Below are positions 15,855-24,909 of a stretch of DNA of 24,909 nucleotides, in pieces; position 1 is the stretch's first letter, and the number at the start of each line of letters is the position of its first letter. Source of the DNA: Candidatus Methylomirabilota bacterium (GTDB taxonomy: Bacteria > Methylomirabilota > Methylomirabilia > Rokubacteriales > CSP1-6). Position numbers and translations under genes: made by a program. The stretch spans positions 1-24,909 of the forward strand of contig JBKPAK010000283.1 in NCBI GenBank assembly GCA_046726415.1. Direction: 5' to 3'. A model generated the notes under the pieces. The model saw only the letters and a list, made by a program, of their open reading frames with translations. It searched no databases and was not told where the DNA came from.

Positions 15855-16721
15855 TCACTGAGTGCGAAGGTCACGCGAAATGTCACTGCTAGTGGGCTCC
15901 TCCCGCAATTCAAGACGGGTGCGATCCCCGGCCCGCCCTCGGAGCTTTCCGGGCCAACCCTGGAGCCAGAGCAGCGCGAGTGGCGCGGCGTAGCTCCCAC
16001 CGCGCTCGATGAACTCCCACATAGGTTCACCAGCCAGTGGGCGTAGCCATTCGGTACCGAGCTTCCAGACGAAGGCCAAGAGCAGGAGCCTTGGCCATGG
16101 ACGCGCCAGGATGGCGAGGCCCAGGCCGATCTCGAACCACCCCACGAGGTCCACGAGGGAAAGCCGGCTGACGGTGCCCAACCGGACGCCGACTATCGCG
16201 AAGTAGCCCGCCCATTCGGGCTTGTGCATGACTGCCCCGAACCCGCCGTGACCAACCAGGAGCGCAGCGGTGGTGACCCGGAGGATCCAGCTCATCTGCT
16301 GGGCACGCCATCCGTTGAGCGGAGCCGGGCGCAGGGGCGAGAACCACTCGCGCAGCGACCGCGGCCACTCCGATGAGCACAGCAGCGCGAGCGGCACGCC
16401 GAAGTTGCCGGCCCGTTCCGCCAGCTCCCACATCGGCTCTCCCGAGAACGGGCGCAGGCTCGCGGTCTGAAAACCCCAGAACGCCATCCAGAGCAGCACG
16501 GCAGGGAGAGGCCGGAAGAGCGTGAGGATCCCGATGGAGACGTCCATCACGCCGACCACGGGCATGAGCCGCCAGGCCCAATCCTCGGGGATCCCCCACA
16601 CCGCGAAGTAGGGGATCCAGGCCCTCTTGGTGATGATCCCGAAGGCGCCGTGCCCAACGAAGCAGGCGACGACACCGATCCTGAGGATCCAGTGCACCGT
16701 GGCCGCGTTGTCCGCGCACAC
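15855..16721 (-). CDS. Integral membrane protein with two tandem homologous halves (DoxX-like fold possible); start uncertain
   Basis: Repeats WILR...VGHG.FG....K..W..YF and RP..GEPMWE..ER.G....PLALL. Confidence 0.8.
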   Translation of the reverse strand: MCADNAATVHWILRIGVVACFVGHGAFGIITKRAWIPYFAVWGIPEDWAWRLMPVVGVMDVSIGILTLFRPLPAVLLWMAFWGFQTASLRPFSGEPMWELAERAGNFGVPLALLCSSEWPRSLREWFSPLRPAPLNGWRAQQMSWILRVTTAALLVGHGGFGAVMHKPEWAGYFAIVGVRLGTVSRLSLVDLVGWFEIGLGLAILARPWPRLLLLAFVWKLGTEWLRPLAGEPMWEFIERGGSYAAPLALLWLQGWPGKLRGRAGDRTRLELREEPTSSDISRDLRTQ

Positions 16722-17005
16722 GCCGGGAACTACGACATCGTCCCGCCCCGAGAGCCCCTGTGCAGGTATGGCTGCCTCCGCTTGAGCCGTCCAGCGCCAC
16801 CGGGAGCGACTCGGCTCGAGGCGTTCACCGAGACGAGACGCTGTATCGGGAATCGAGTAGAGGCAACTTTCTTGCCGGAATGGAGATCAATGGAAACGAT
16901 AGCTTATGCGGGTAAAGAGGTGGTGAACCAATGATGGCGTGCGCAGTTCACCACCACCACCGAGATCCCGGGCCCGGCGCCGAGCCCTTACTTCGAAGAG
17001 CGCCC

Positions 17006-18355
17006 TCAGTGCGTGGCGGCGACGAGGAAAAGCCCGTTCTGGTCCATTGGTGCGTGGAATTTGCAGAAGAAATGGACGGGCCCGGAGAGAGGAAGGACCA
17101 CGTCGATCTCGACGCGGCCGCGCGGCGGCAGGTCACGGTCGAGGCTGAGGGCGGTAGCGCTCAGGTTGTGGAGGGTGCTCGCGGCGTTCTCCACGCGAAG
17201 CCGGAGCCGCTGGCCCGCCCGGCCTTCGAGGAAGGTGGGGGCGAAGTAGTAGTCGTCCGCCCGAAGGGTGGCCTCGGTGGCATCTTTGACATTCAAGGTC
17301 CCGTGATCGGCGATGGGGAGCCCGTCGATGGTCTTGACCTTTCCCGGGACGGCGATCGGCGCGGCTGAGCCGGCGCTTCGTACTGGCCCCGGCTGTACGG
17401 CGATCTTGCGGGGTGCGTTGCCCACCGGAATCGTTGCGACGACCGTGCGCGCCACGAGATCCACCACCGAGACGTCGTTCGAACCCTCGTTGGCCACGTA
17501 TGCCGTCCGGCCATCTGACGTCGCGGCCACCCAGTGCGGGGTCTTGCCGACAGCGATGGTGCCGGCCACGACCCCGCTGGCCGCGTCGATGATGCCCAGT
17601 TCGCCCGGTCCCTGGCTCGGCACGAGAGCCCATCGCCCGTCGCGGGTCACGGGGGCCTGGTGGGGCGAGGCGCCGACGGCGATTTGCCCCGTTACCCCGT
17701 TCGTCGCCGTGTCGAGGACTTGCACGGCTGACAGTCCCGCCACCGTGAAGTAGAGGCGGCGCCCGTCAGGGCTCAGATCCAGAGCCCTCGGCATGCGATC
17801 CAGCGGCACCCGCGCCGTCTCCTTGAGAGATGCAACGTCGATGCGGACGAGCGCCGTCGCCCCCTGCTGCTGCGACCCCACCCAGGCCACGCGACCGTCC
17901 GTGCTGATCGCGCCGTTGTGGGCCTGCGCCACGGGCACGCGGCCGACGATCCGGTCCGTGGCGGTGCCGATGAAGGTGGCCTGATTGGCGCCCCAAGCCG
18001 AAACCAGGACGAGCGCGCCGTCGGGAGACATGGCCAAGCCGTGTGGGTTCGGACCGACGTCCACGGTGCCGACCGCGCGGTCAGTAGCCGTGTCGATCAC
18101 GGTCACCGTGGAACCGCCGTCGCTCGAAACGTAGACCTTGCGGCCATCAGGCGTGACCACGAGGCCGTGCGGGCCCTTCGGCACGGCAATCGTGCTGAGC
18201 ACGCGATTCGACGCCGAGTCGATCACGGCCACGGCGTTGTCGCGGAACAGCCCCACGTACACCTTCGGGGCCGCCGCCAGTGGCCCGGAGTGGTGGAGGT
18301 CCGGTTTCAGCAGTATCGCCAAGGCCATCAGCGTCGTCACCACGATTCGTCCCAT
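17006..18355 (-). CDS. Secreted YVTN/YncE-type beta-propeller fused to a C-terminal cupredoxin domain
   Basis: Signal peptide, about 7 repeats of V.VID......I.VG..PH.....PDG, and C-terminal DYYFAP...LHNL...FFCKFH. Confidence 0.9.
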   Translation of the reverse strand: MGRIVVTTLMALAILLKPDLHHSGPLAAAPKVYVGLFRDNAVAVIDSASNRVLSTIAVPKGPHGLVVTPDGRKVYVSSDGGSTVTVIDTATDRAVGTVDVGPNPHGLAMSPDGALVLVSAWGANQATFIGTATDRIVGRVPVAQAHNGAISTDGRVAWVGSQQQGATALVRIDVASLKETARVPLDRMPRALDLSPDGRRLYFTVAGLSAVQVLDTATNGVTGQIAVGASPHQAPVTRDGRWALVPSQGPGELGIIDAASGVVAGTIAVGKTPHWVAATSDGRTAYVANEGSNDVSVVDLVARTVVATIPVGNAPRKIAVQPGPVRSAGSAAPIAVPGKVKTIDGLPIADHGTLNVKDATEATLRADDYYFAPTFLEGRAGQRLRLRVENAASTLHNLSATALSLDRDLPPRGRVEIDVVLPLSGPVHFFCKFHAPMDQNGLFLVAATH

Positions 18356-18407
18356 GTCGATGTCTCCCTTGTCTCGCGCCGAGGATTCGCCGACCTCCAC
18401 TGCTGCC

Positions 18408-18432
18408 AACGCCGATGACGGCCAACCGTTCC
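18408..18432 (-). promoter_or_regulatory. ECF sigma-type promoter for the propeller-cupredoxin gene
   Basis: Minus strand GGAAC-N16-CGTT, about 50 bp upstream of start 18355. Confidence 0.6.
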
Positions 18433-18558
18433 GCGCGTGATGGAAACGTCGCGCGATGGAACGGACGACGACATCGTGCGTCACGAGATTTGATGGCACT
18501 GGTGGCGCTCTGGCCGGCGAGGGCTAGTTTCACGAGGGGTTGCTACCATGCCGCCACC

Positions 18559-19101
18559 ATGCCTAGGGGAGCTGATGGCGAGTCCGGGCCGCTCGGTCAG
18601 GAGGCCCTGGCCTATGCGGACACGCTCTACAATCTCGCCCGTTACCTCACGGGCAACGCCACCGACGCCGAGGATCTCGTGCAGGAGACATACGCCCGCG
18701 CCTTGGCGGCGGCCGCGCGGTTCGAGGCGGCCACGAACCTCAAGGCGTGGCTGTTCCGTATCCTTCGCAATACCTTCCTCAGCCTCGCGCGGCGCCGGCG
18801 GAGCGACCCCACGGTCGGCGGCCTCGATACGGTCACTCCCGAAATCGAGGCTCCCGCCAGCGAGGCGTGGCTGCGCAACGACGTCGAGCTGGACCGGCTG
18901 CGGAAGGTCGTAGCCGAAGAGATCGAGCGCGCGCTGATGCGCCTCTCCGAGGACGCGCGCTTGATCATCCTGCTCGATCTCGAAGGATTGACAGAGGGTG
19001 AGGTGGCCGACGTGCTGGCCTGTCCGGTCGGGACGGTGAAGTCGCGACTGGCCCGAGCGAGACAGGCGCTGCGGCGTCAGCTCCAGGATTACGCGAGGTG
19101 A
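18559..19101 (+). CDS. ECF RNA polymerase sigma factor
   Basis: DAEDLVQETY, NLKAWLFRILRN, PVGTVKSRLARAR. Extended -10 TGcTACCAT at 18541-18549. Confidence 0.93.
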   Translation: MPRGADGESGPLGQEALAYADTLYNLARYLTGNATDAEDLVQETYARALAAAARFEAATNLKAWLFRILRNTFLSLARRRRSDPTVGGLDTVTPEIEAPASEAWLRNDVELDRLRKVVAEEIERALMRLSEDARLIILLDLEGLTEGEVADVLACPVGTVKSRLARARQALRRQLQDYAR

Positions 19102-19937
19102 CTCGAGCGATGGATTGCCCGACCGCTCGGCTCCACCTCGTCGAGGATCAGCGCGGCCACCTCGATCCCCCCAAGGCGGCGGCCCTGGCCGCGCACCTCG
19201 AGCGCTGCCCCGACTGCGCCCACGAGGAGAAGGCTGAACGGCTCGTCACCGAACAGCTCGAGCGTCATCTGCCCCAGCACGCGGCTCCGCTTGGGCTCAA
19301 GCGCCGGCTGGCTGGGCAGTGGTCGGCCTCACCGCCCGCTCCATCGCCGCGTCGGGCGGGCGGGCGGAGGGGTGGTGGCGCATTCACGCTGGCCGACCCG
19401 CGGAGGCGATGGCCGGCCATCGCGGCGGCGGTGCTCGTGGCCAGCGTCGTCACCGCGGGTGTGGCCGGCTGGCTCGCGGGACGCGCTCCGGGAGTCGGCT
19501 GGGGCGCCCGATCCGACACGGCTGAGCGCCTGGTGACGGAAGCGGTGAACGATCACCTGCGCGTTCTCGCTAAAGCTCCGGCCCTCGACGTCCAGAGCAG
19601 CGACATGCACCAGGTACGACCGTGGCTCACCGGGCGACTCGACTTCGCCCCGGTGATTCCATTTGCCGGCGATACCGACTTCCCGCTCCGCGGGGGCGCC
19701 GTCGAGTACTTCCTGGACCGCCGCGCGGCGGTCGCCGTTTACAGCCGCCGGCTGCATACGGTGACGCTAATAGTCACTCGAGGGGACGGGCTGCCATGGC
19801 CACAGGCGGCGCCGCTCGCCACGAAAGGCCGGGGTTTCAACGTGCGCTTGTGGACGCGCGGTGGTCTCGGCTACGCGCTCGTTTCGGACCTCGATCCAGG
19901 CGAGCTGGCCCGCCTCGCCGCGCGTCTCGGCGGCTGA
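19098..19937 (+). CDS. Membrane-anchored zinc-binding anti-sigma factor
   Basis: HxxxCxxC (HLERCPDC), one TM helix, extracytoplasmic domain; GTGA overlap with the sigma gene. Confidence 0.9.
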   Translation: MTRAMDCPTARLHLVEDQRGHLDPPKAAALAAHLERCPDCAHEEKAERLVTEQLERHLPQHAAPLGLKRRLAGQWSASPPAPSPRRAGGRRGGGAFTLADPRRRWPAIAAAVLVASVVTAGVAGWLAGRAPGVGWGARSDTAERLVTEAVNDHLRVLAKAPALDVQSSDMHQVRPWLTGRLDFAPVIPFAGDTDFPLRGGAVEYFLDRRAAVAVYSRRLHTVTLIVTRGDGLPWPQAAPLATKGRGFNVRLWTRGGLGYALVSDLDPGELARLAARLGG

Positions 19938-19957
19938 CGCTGACGCAGCACCCCCCT

Positions 19958-20676
19958 CTAGTCGTTCACCGGTGCCCGGATGGCCTGGCGCGCGAACGCC
20001 CACGCCTGTGCGTAGTAGTCGATGGCCTGGCGGTAGTGGCCGGCAGCAGCCGCGGCGGCGGCGTTCGGCATGGCCCACGCCCGGGCGAGAAAGATGAGGA
20101 AATCGTCACCGCCCAAGGCCGCGGCCTCATCGAGGGCGATCGCCGCCAACTCCTCATCGATGCTGACGATGCCGCCGAGCACGTCGAGCACCACCGGCGA
20201 GGGGCTGGCGATCTTCAGTAGCTCATCGGCGGCGTGCCGCTCTTCCAGGAAGACCCGCGCCCCTCGCCAGGTCAGATGTGCGTCGTCAGCCCACAGAGTC
20301 GCGGCGAGGCTCCGGGTGAGCCGCTCGAGAGCCCTCTCGAGCCGCCTGGCCGTTTCCTGGTCGACGGTCGGCAGTAGGGCCACGAGTTCAGCGATCAGGC
20401 TCGATTGACCCGTCGGGGGATCCTGATGGGGAGCGGGTGGCCCTCCACCAAGATCGAGAGCTTCACGCCGAGCAGCCTGGCCGCAGTCGGAGCCACGTCG
20501 ATGTTGTTGACGCGAGTCAGGCTCCCCCGCCGGATGTCGGGTCCGGCCGCCATGAAGATCGCGCTCATGTTGGGCAAGGTCGGATCGTATCCATGGGCGC
20601 CGTAGAAATTGGGTAGGGACAGGATCGGCGCCGCCGAGGCCACGTCGCCGAGCCGGTGGACCACGGGCGTCTGCGT
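19958..20676 (-). pseudogene. 3' remnant of an alkaline phosphatase superfamily (NPP/phosphodiesterase-type) gene, frameshifted near 20398
   Basis: FYGAHGYDP...MSAIFMAAGPDI...NIDVAPT is the C-terminal NPP signature. The helical tail LIAELVALLP... continues in another frame. The catalytic N-terminus is missing. Confidence 0.75.
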
Positions 20677-21920
20677 CGACTTGTGGTCTATATGGGCGAT
20701 GACCGGCGCGGCGGTCATACCTGGAAGTACGTCAGCAACGGCGTCGTCTGCCTCGAACCAACACGGGCTTCGGCCTGCTCCTCCGGTCCCGCACCCAACA
20801 GTGCAACTGCTCCAGGCGGGGACGCTCTATGTTGCTCGCTTCAATCCTGACGGCACGGGCCGCTGGATCCCTCTGCTCTTGACCACCCCCACCAACCCGT
20901 TGAGGCCGTCGGAGATCGCCTCGGTCGAGTTGGCCGCGCTTGGTAGTGCCCAGCGCAACGGCCTCATCAAGGTTCCCCGGCGCAACGGAGTGGCCGGGGA
21001 GACGACCAGCCGGGGGGGCCTTCAACTGCGACTTGACCAACGAGGTCGCGGCACTTCCCGCATACCAGGGCAAAACGCTCGCGGACTTCTACGACAGCCA
21101 GGGCGCGGTGCTCGTCGACGCCTTCCTGGCCGCCAACCTGGTGGGCGGCACGCCGTGCGCCCGGCCGGAGGACTTCGAGCTGAATCCGCGCAACGGCCGG
21201 GAGGTCTTCATGGCGATGACCGACGGCGCCCCCGGTAGTGATGGGTACCCGGACTCGCGAATCTTCGTCGTGGCCAAATACAGCACCGACGTCAATGACA
21301 CTCAGCAGTCGGGCTCGCTGTACAAGATCGTCGAGGACAGCGCCGATGGGACAGGCCTCACGTTCACCTGGGAGCGCTTCGCGCAGGGGGGCGAGGCGGG
21401 AGCACAGGATGGCGCCGGCTTCGGCAACGTGGACAACCTCGTCTTCGATGAGAAGGGTGACCTCTGGGGCGTCACCGACATGTCGACCGGCCTTCATAAC
21501 GGCTTCACCACCGGCGCGACGCCCACGCAGCTGGTCATCGATCACAGGATGTCGGGCAACACCTCGAACCTGGTCGGGGTGTTTGGCAACAACCTGCTCT
21601 TTGTCATCCCCCTCCATGGGCGGGACGCCGGGCTGCTCGTTCCCGTCGCCTATGGCCCTCCGCGCTCCGAACTAACAGGCATCAATTTCATCAACGACAC
21701 CCTGATCGTCTCGGTCCAGCACCCGTGCGAAGACGCGCCCATCGGTGACGGCACGATCCTGTCGCGCTCGATCGAGATGCTGAAGCTCGACGGCAGTCTG
21801 TTCACCCAGACCCGCACCGTTCCCCGCGGCAGCAACTGGCCCGATAACGTCACCGGCGAGCTTGTCAACCTGCCGCGGCCATGCACCGTCGGCATCCGGC
21901 GGAACAGCGGTCACGCGTGA
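20677..21920 (+). pseudogene. phoX: 5'-truncated, doubly frameshifted PhoX-family alkaline phosphatase
   Basis: VVYMGDDRRGGH (frame of 20656), GTLYVARFNPDGTGRW (frame of 20609), and RPED, NVDNL, ELTG, QHP (frame of 20940). Confidence 0.85.
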
Positions 21921-21942
21921 GATGCAGGACGCCCTTTGAGTC

Positions 21943-21963
21943 GGAGGGGGCTAGGCCCCCTCC
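21943..21963. terminator. GC-rich hairpin (terminator or REP-like) after the phoX remnant
   Basis: GGAGGGGGC-TAG-GCCCCCTCC. Confidence 0.5.
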
Positions 21964-22080
21964 CAAATGTCCCCGTTCTGGGCAAGGGGAGTCGATGCGA
22001 GGGGATGCGTGCCGGGTCAGGCCCGTGCACGTCTACGCTGCCGGAGCCGTCCGCCGCCTACGGCAGGGACGGTTTGGGGG

Positions 22081-22236
22081 CTAGTGCGTGGTCGCTTCGC
22101 GCGGCAGGCGCGCCCGAGTCAACCCTTGACGTTCGAGATATCGGTTCATTTCGGCGCCAAAGGAGCGTTGGTTCGAGGCGGCCGCATCGAACACCATGTC
22201 TGCCAGCAGCCCGAACAGGAGCCGAGCTATCACCAA
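22081..22236 (-). CDS. Possible small protein (about 51 aa), below the ORF-track cutoff
   Basis: GGAGGAG followed by TTG/GTG; VIARLLFGLLADMVFDAAASNQRSFGAEMNRYLERQGLTRARLPREATTH*. Confidence 0.3.
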   Translation of the reverse strand: MVIARLLFGLLADMVFDAAASNQRSFGAEMNRYLERQGLTRARLPREATTH

Positions 22237-22344
22237 GACCCTCTCCTCCCCGGAATGGAGTCACCAACTCGATGGTCCTAGGGTACGAGAGGAATGCGAC
22301 ATCTCGGTGACGAATAAGGAACATCTTCGTGACAGTCCTGGCGA

Positions 22345-24456
22345 TCAGTCGGCGGACGAGGCGGGCCGCCGGGGGTCCGAGCGGGTCGCCCCCGCCATCG
22401 CCGCTGCCACCGTGGTCCCGTGGCTGACGAGAATGCTGGTGGTCGGCGTCGCCAGCCCGAACGAGGCGAGCCCGACCACCGCCAAGTTGGCGTACGAGGC
22501 GATTTCGAGGGTGCGCCGTATTCCGTCGATCGCGCCGCCGGCCAGATCGAGGGCAACCAGAACGAGGTCAAGGCCGCCGCGCAAGAGCACGACATCGGCC
22601 ACCTCGGTCGCAACCGGCGCGCCGCCAGGGACGGTAACGCCTACGTCGGCCTCGCTGAGGGCGAGCGCGTCGTTGACCCCATCGCCGACCATGGCAACGG
22701 TTCGCCCCTCGTCCTTGAGTTCGCGAATGAGCCGGGCCTTGTCCTCGGGCAAGAGATCGGCGTAGTGGTGGCGCAACCCCAGCGACTCCGCGATGACGCG
22801 ACTTGGCTCGGCATGGTCGCCGGACAGCATGATCACGTTGCGCATACGCCGCGCCCGAAGCGCGCGGACGGCGGCGCTGGCTTCCGCCCGCAGCTCGTCC
22901 TGCAGGACCAGCATTCCGGCCAGCCGCCCGTCTACGGCGACGAACGTGGGCGAAGCGCCGACCGCGTGAGCCGCGGCCTCATCGGTCGCCGCCGCGCTGA
23001 GCAGGATCTCGTGCGCCTGCATGAAGCGCCGACTTCCCACGAGCACGTGAGCGCCGTCGATACGAACGTCAACGCCGAGACCGACACTCTCCGCCGTGCT
23101 GGCCGGTGCCGGAATTTCGATCTTCCGCTCGGCGGCCAGGCGCGCCACCGCGCGGGCGACCGGGTGCCGAAAACCCTGCTCGGCGCCCGCGGTAAGTCGA
23201 AGAAGTTCCCGCTCGGTCAGCGAAGGCAGGTACGAGGTGATCTGGCTGACCCGCGGTGTCCCGGAGGTGAGGGTCCCGGTCTTGTCGAAGACGACGGTGT
23301 CCACGCGGGCAAGGTTCTCGAGGGTTCTCGGCCCTTTGATCAGGATTCCCAGGCCGGACGCGCGCCGGATCGAAGCCAGAATGGCCGTCGGAATCCCCAC
23401 CCGGGCGGCCAACCCGTAGTCGGCGACGAGAATCGCGGTGCCGGCGTCGAGGCTGCGCGAGAAGGCGGCGCCCATCCCGGCGAGGAGGAACGTGCGGCCG
23501 ACGCCGCGATCGGCCAGCCGCTCGGCGAAGATCTGGATATCGGACTTCTCCACGGCGGCCATTTCGATCGCGCGGACGATCCGGCCCACCGCCGTCTCGA
23601 GCCCGACATGGTCGACCCGCACCTCGATTTCGCCGTGCTCGATGGTCGTGGCGGCGAACACGGAATCCCCGGTTCGTCGCTCCACCGGGAGAGCCTCGCC
23701 GGTCATCGTCTGCTGGTTGACCAGGGCTTCACCACTGACGATCGTTCCATCGACCGGCACCTGGCGCCCGGAGCCGACGACGACCACCTCGCCGACGCCG
23801 ACCGCCGCGACCCGCACGGTACGGCGGCGGCGACCGTCCACTCGCGTGACGGTCTGGTCGGGCGCCGCGACCAATTCGTAGAGGGACCGCCGCGTCCTCA
23901 CGACGGTCTTGGCCACGATGTACTCGCCGGCCGCGCGCAGCCACGTCAACAGGGCCGAGGCCACGTAGTTTCCTCGCGCGACCAGCAGGATGAGCGTGGA
24001 GGCTTCGAGAACCTCGCCATCGAGCCGCTTTCGCCCGATAGAGGCACCGGCGCGGAAAAGCGAGGGAATGGTCGACGCCAGGACGAGGCCACCAGCGACC
24101 GCCCCGGACGGAGGAAAACACGCGGCGGCCAGCACCCCACTGGCGCCGATGAGTTGGAGGAGGGGCGCACCTTGGAGTTTCACTGTTGGCCCGGCGCGGA
24201 CGCGGCGGCGGTGAACGGGGGCACGCTCCAGGCTGGCCGTCACCGCGTGCAGCTCCTCGATGAGAGCGGCCTCCGCGAGGCTGAAGGGGTCGTAGTCGAT
24301 CCGGACGCTGCCGGTCAAGGAGCTTCCCCGCACCGCGTGGACACCTTGGACGCGGCGGAGGCGCGACTCTATGGCGTCGCGCCGCGTCTTGAGCCAGGTG
24401 GCGGGATATCGGAGTCGGAGCCGCCCCCTCACGGAGTGTGCGATCTCGTATCGCAC
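22345..24456 (-). CDS. Heavy-metal translocating P1B-type ATPase (CtpC/P1B-6-like architecture)
   Basis: N-terminal HSVRGRLRL domain, TGE, DKTGTLT, HP, SGD, GDGVND. GTG at 24456 follows GGAGAG overlapping the upstream stop. Confidence 0.92.
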   Translation of the reverse strand: MRYEIAHSVRGRLRLRYPATWLKTRRDAIESRLRRVQGVHAVRGSSLTGSVRIDYDPFSLAEAALIEELHAVTASLERAPVHRRRVRAGPTVKLQGAPLLQLIGASGVLAAACFPPSGAVAGGLVLASTIPSLFRAGASIGRKRLDGEVLEASTLILLVARGNYVASALLTWLRAAGEYIVAKTVVRTRRSLYELVAAPDQTVTRVDGRRRRTVRVAAVGVGEVVVVGSGRQVPVDGTIVSGEALVNQQTMTGEALPVERRTGDSVFAATTIEHGEIEVRVDHVGLETAVGRIVRAIEMAAVEKSDIQIFAERLADRGVGRTFLLAGMGAAFSRSLDAGTAILVADYGLAARVGIPTAILASIRRASGLGILIKGPRTLENLARVDTVVFDKTGTLTSGTPRVSQITSYLPSLTERELLRLTAGAEQGFRHPVARAVARLAAERKIEIPAPASTAESVGLGVDVRIDGAHVLVGSRRFMQAHEILLSAAATDEAAAHAVGASPTFVAVDGRLAGMLVLQDELRAEASAAVRALRARRMRNVIMLSGDHAEPSRVIAESLGLRHHYADLLPEDKARLIRELKDEGRTVAMVGDGVNDALALSEADVGVTVPGGAPVATEVADVVLLRGGLDLVLVALDLAGGAIDGIRRTLEIASYANLAVVGLASFGLATPTTSILVSHGTTVAAAMAGATRSDPRRPASSAD

Positions 24457-24461
24457 GAGAA

Positions 24462-24908
24462 TTACTCTCCGCTGCTGGAAATGTTGTAGTTGCGGAACAA
24501 GCCGTGGGCGTACCAGAGGGCTGACGACCACACGAGCGCACGGGTTCGGCCGAGCGCCACTTCCCGGACCGCCCAGGTGGCCAGCGCGAGAGGCACGAGT
24601 TCTTCGAGGCCGAGGACACCGCGGGTCAAGCGAGAGACCTGCCGATTCACTTCCCCAAACAATGCGGTCACCGCGCCGGCGATCACCGGCTGGTCGCTCT
24701 CGGCCCCGCCGCGTCGAATCGAGGGCACGTCGACGGCCACGTCGTCCGGGACGCGGGCGTGCCGGATGACGGCGTCAGCGATCGCACTGGGTTCGATGGC
24801 ATCGGGCCGATACTGGACCAACAGGCTTCGCGTGGCGGGAGACCACGCACAACTGCTGACGCCCATCAGCTCGCGAATCGCCTCTGAGATCCCGGCGATC
24901 CGGGCTCG
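24462..24908 (-). CDS. HMA-like (HMA2-type) protein, 5' partial
   Basis: Frame open to the window edge; GVSSCAWSPATRSLLVQY is an HMA-like segment, followed by a hydrophobic C-terminus. Operonic with the ATPase. Confidence 0.7.
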   Translation of the reverse strand, partial: RARIAGISEAIRELMGVSSCAWSPATRSLLVQYRPDAIEPSAIADAVIRHARVPDDVAVDVPSIRRGGAESDQPVIAGAVTALFGEVNRQVSRLTRGVLGLEELVPLALATWAVREVALGRTRALVWSSALWYAHGLFRNYNISSSGE

Positions 24909-24909
24909 G

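Noticed and set aside
13348..16030. Extended N-termini (526-aa and 508-aa ORF calls)
   Set aside because: The extensions overlap neighbouring genes; SD-supported starts are at 14394 and 15838.
16880..16910. AT-rich ATC-N9-GAT LysR-like box
   Set aside because: Too degenerate to support, and no LysR gene in the window.
20750..22179. 13-bp inverted repeat GCCTCGAACCAAC (20750-20762 and 22167-22179)
   Set aside because: PhoX similarity continues in the same orientation across the left copy, no transposase lies between, and a match this long is plausible by chance.
22420..24489. 689-aa plus-strand ORF
   Set aside because: Antisense shadow of the P-type ATPase.

Overview
GC-rich bacterial window. 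The gene content resembles soil Rokubacteria/Methylomirabilota-type genomes; this is inference and was not tested. About 1-6270 is a decayed integrative region: a stand-alone ATP-dependent DNA ligase, then two tandem modules with the same layout (near-leaderless XRE repressor, hypothetical gene, homologous 2-TM protein, tyrosine integrase). Integrase 1 is truncated and fused to a zinc ribbon, and integrase 2 is split by a 2-bp duplication. Module 1 has a Zn-ribbon/wHTH-like ORF whose wHTH part is bracketed by two copies of the inverted repeat CGGTTAACT-N16/17-AGTTAACCG, and a Cys-rich protein with a QLSLF clamp-type motif. The rest is accessory metabolism: a membrane protein, two SAM methyltransferases, an RND adaptor remnant, an LLM oxidoreductase, an amidohydrolase, a family-5 ABC solute-binding protein, a vanadium haloperoxidase-like protein with altered active-site motifs, a duplicated-domain membrane protein, a YVTN beta-propeller-cupredoxin fusion divergent from an ECF sigma/anti-sigma pair, two 5'-truncated phosphatase remnants fused back-to-back, and a P1B ATPase lacking the usual Cys motif with an upstream HMA-like gene. 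No rRNA, tRNA or CRISPR array was seen.
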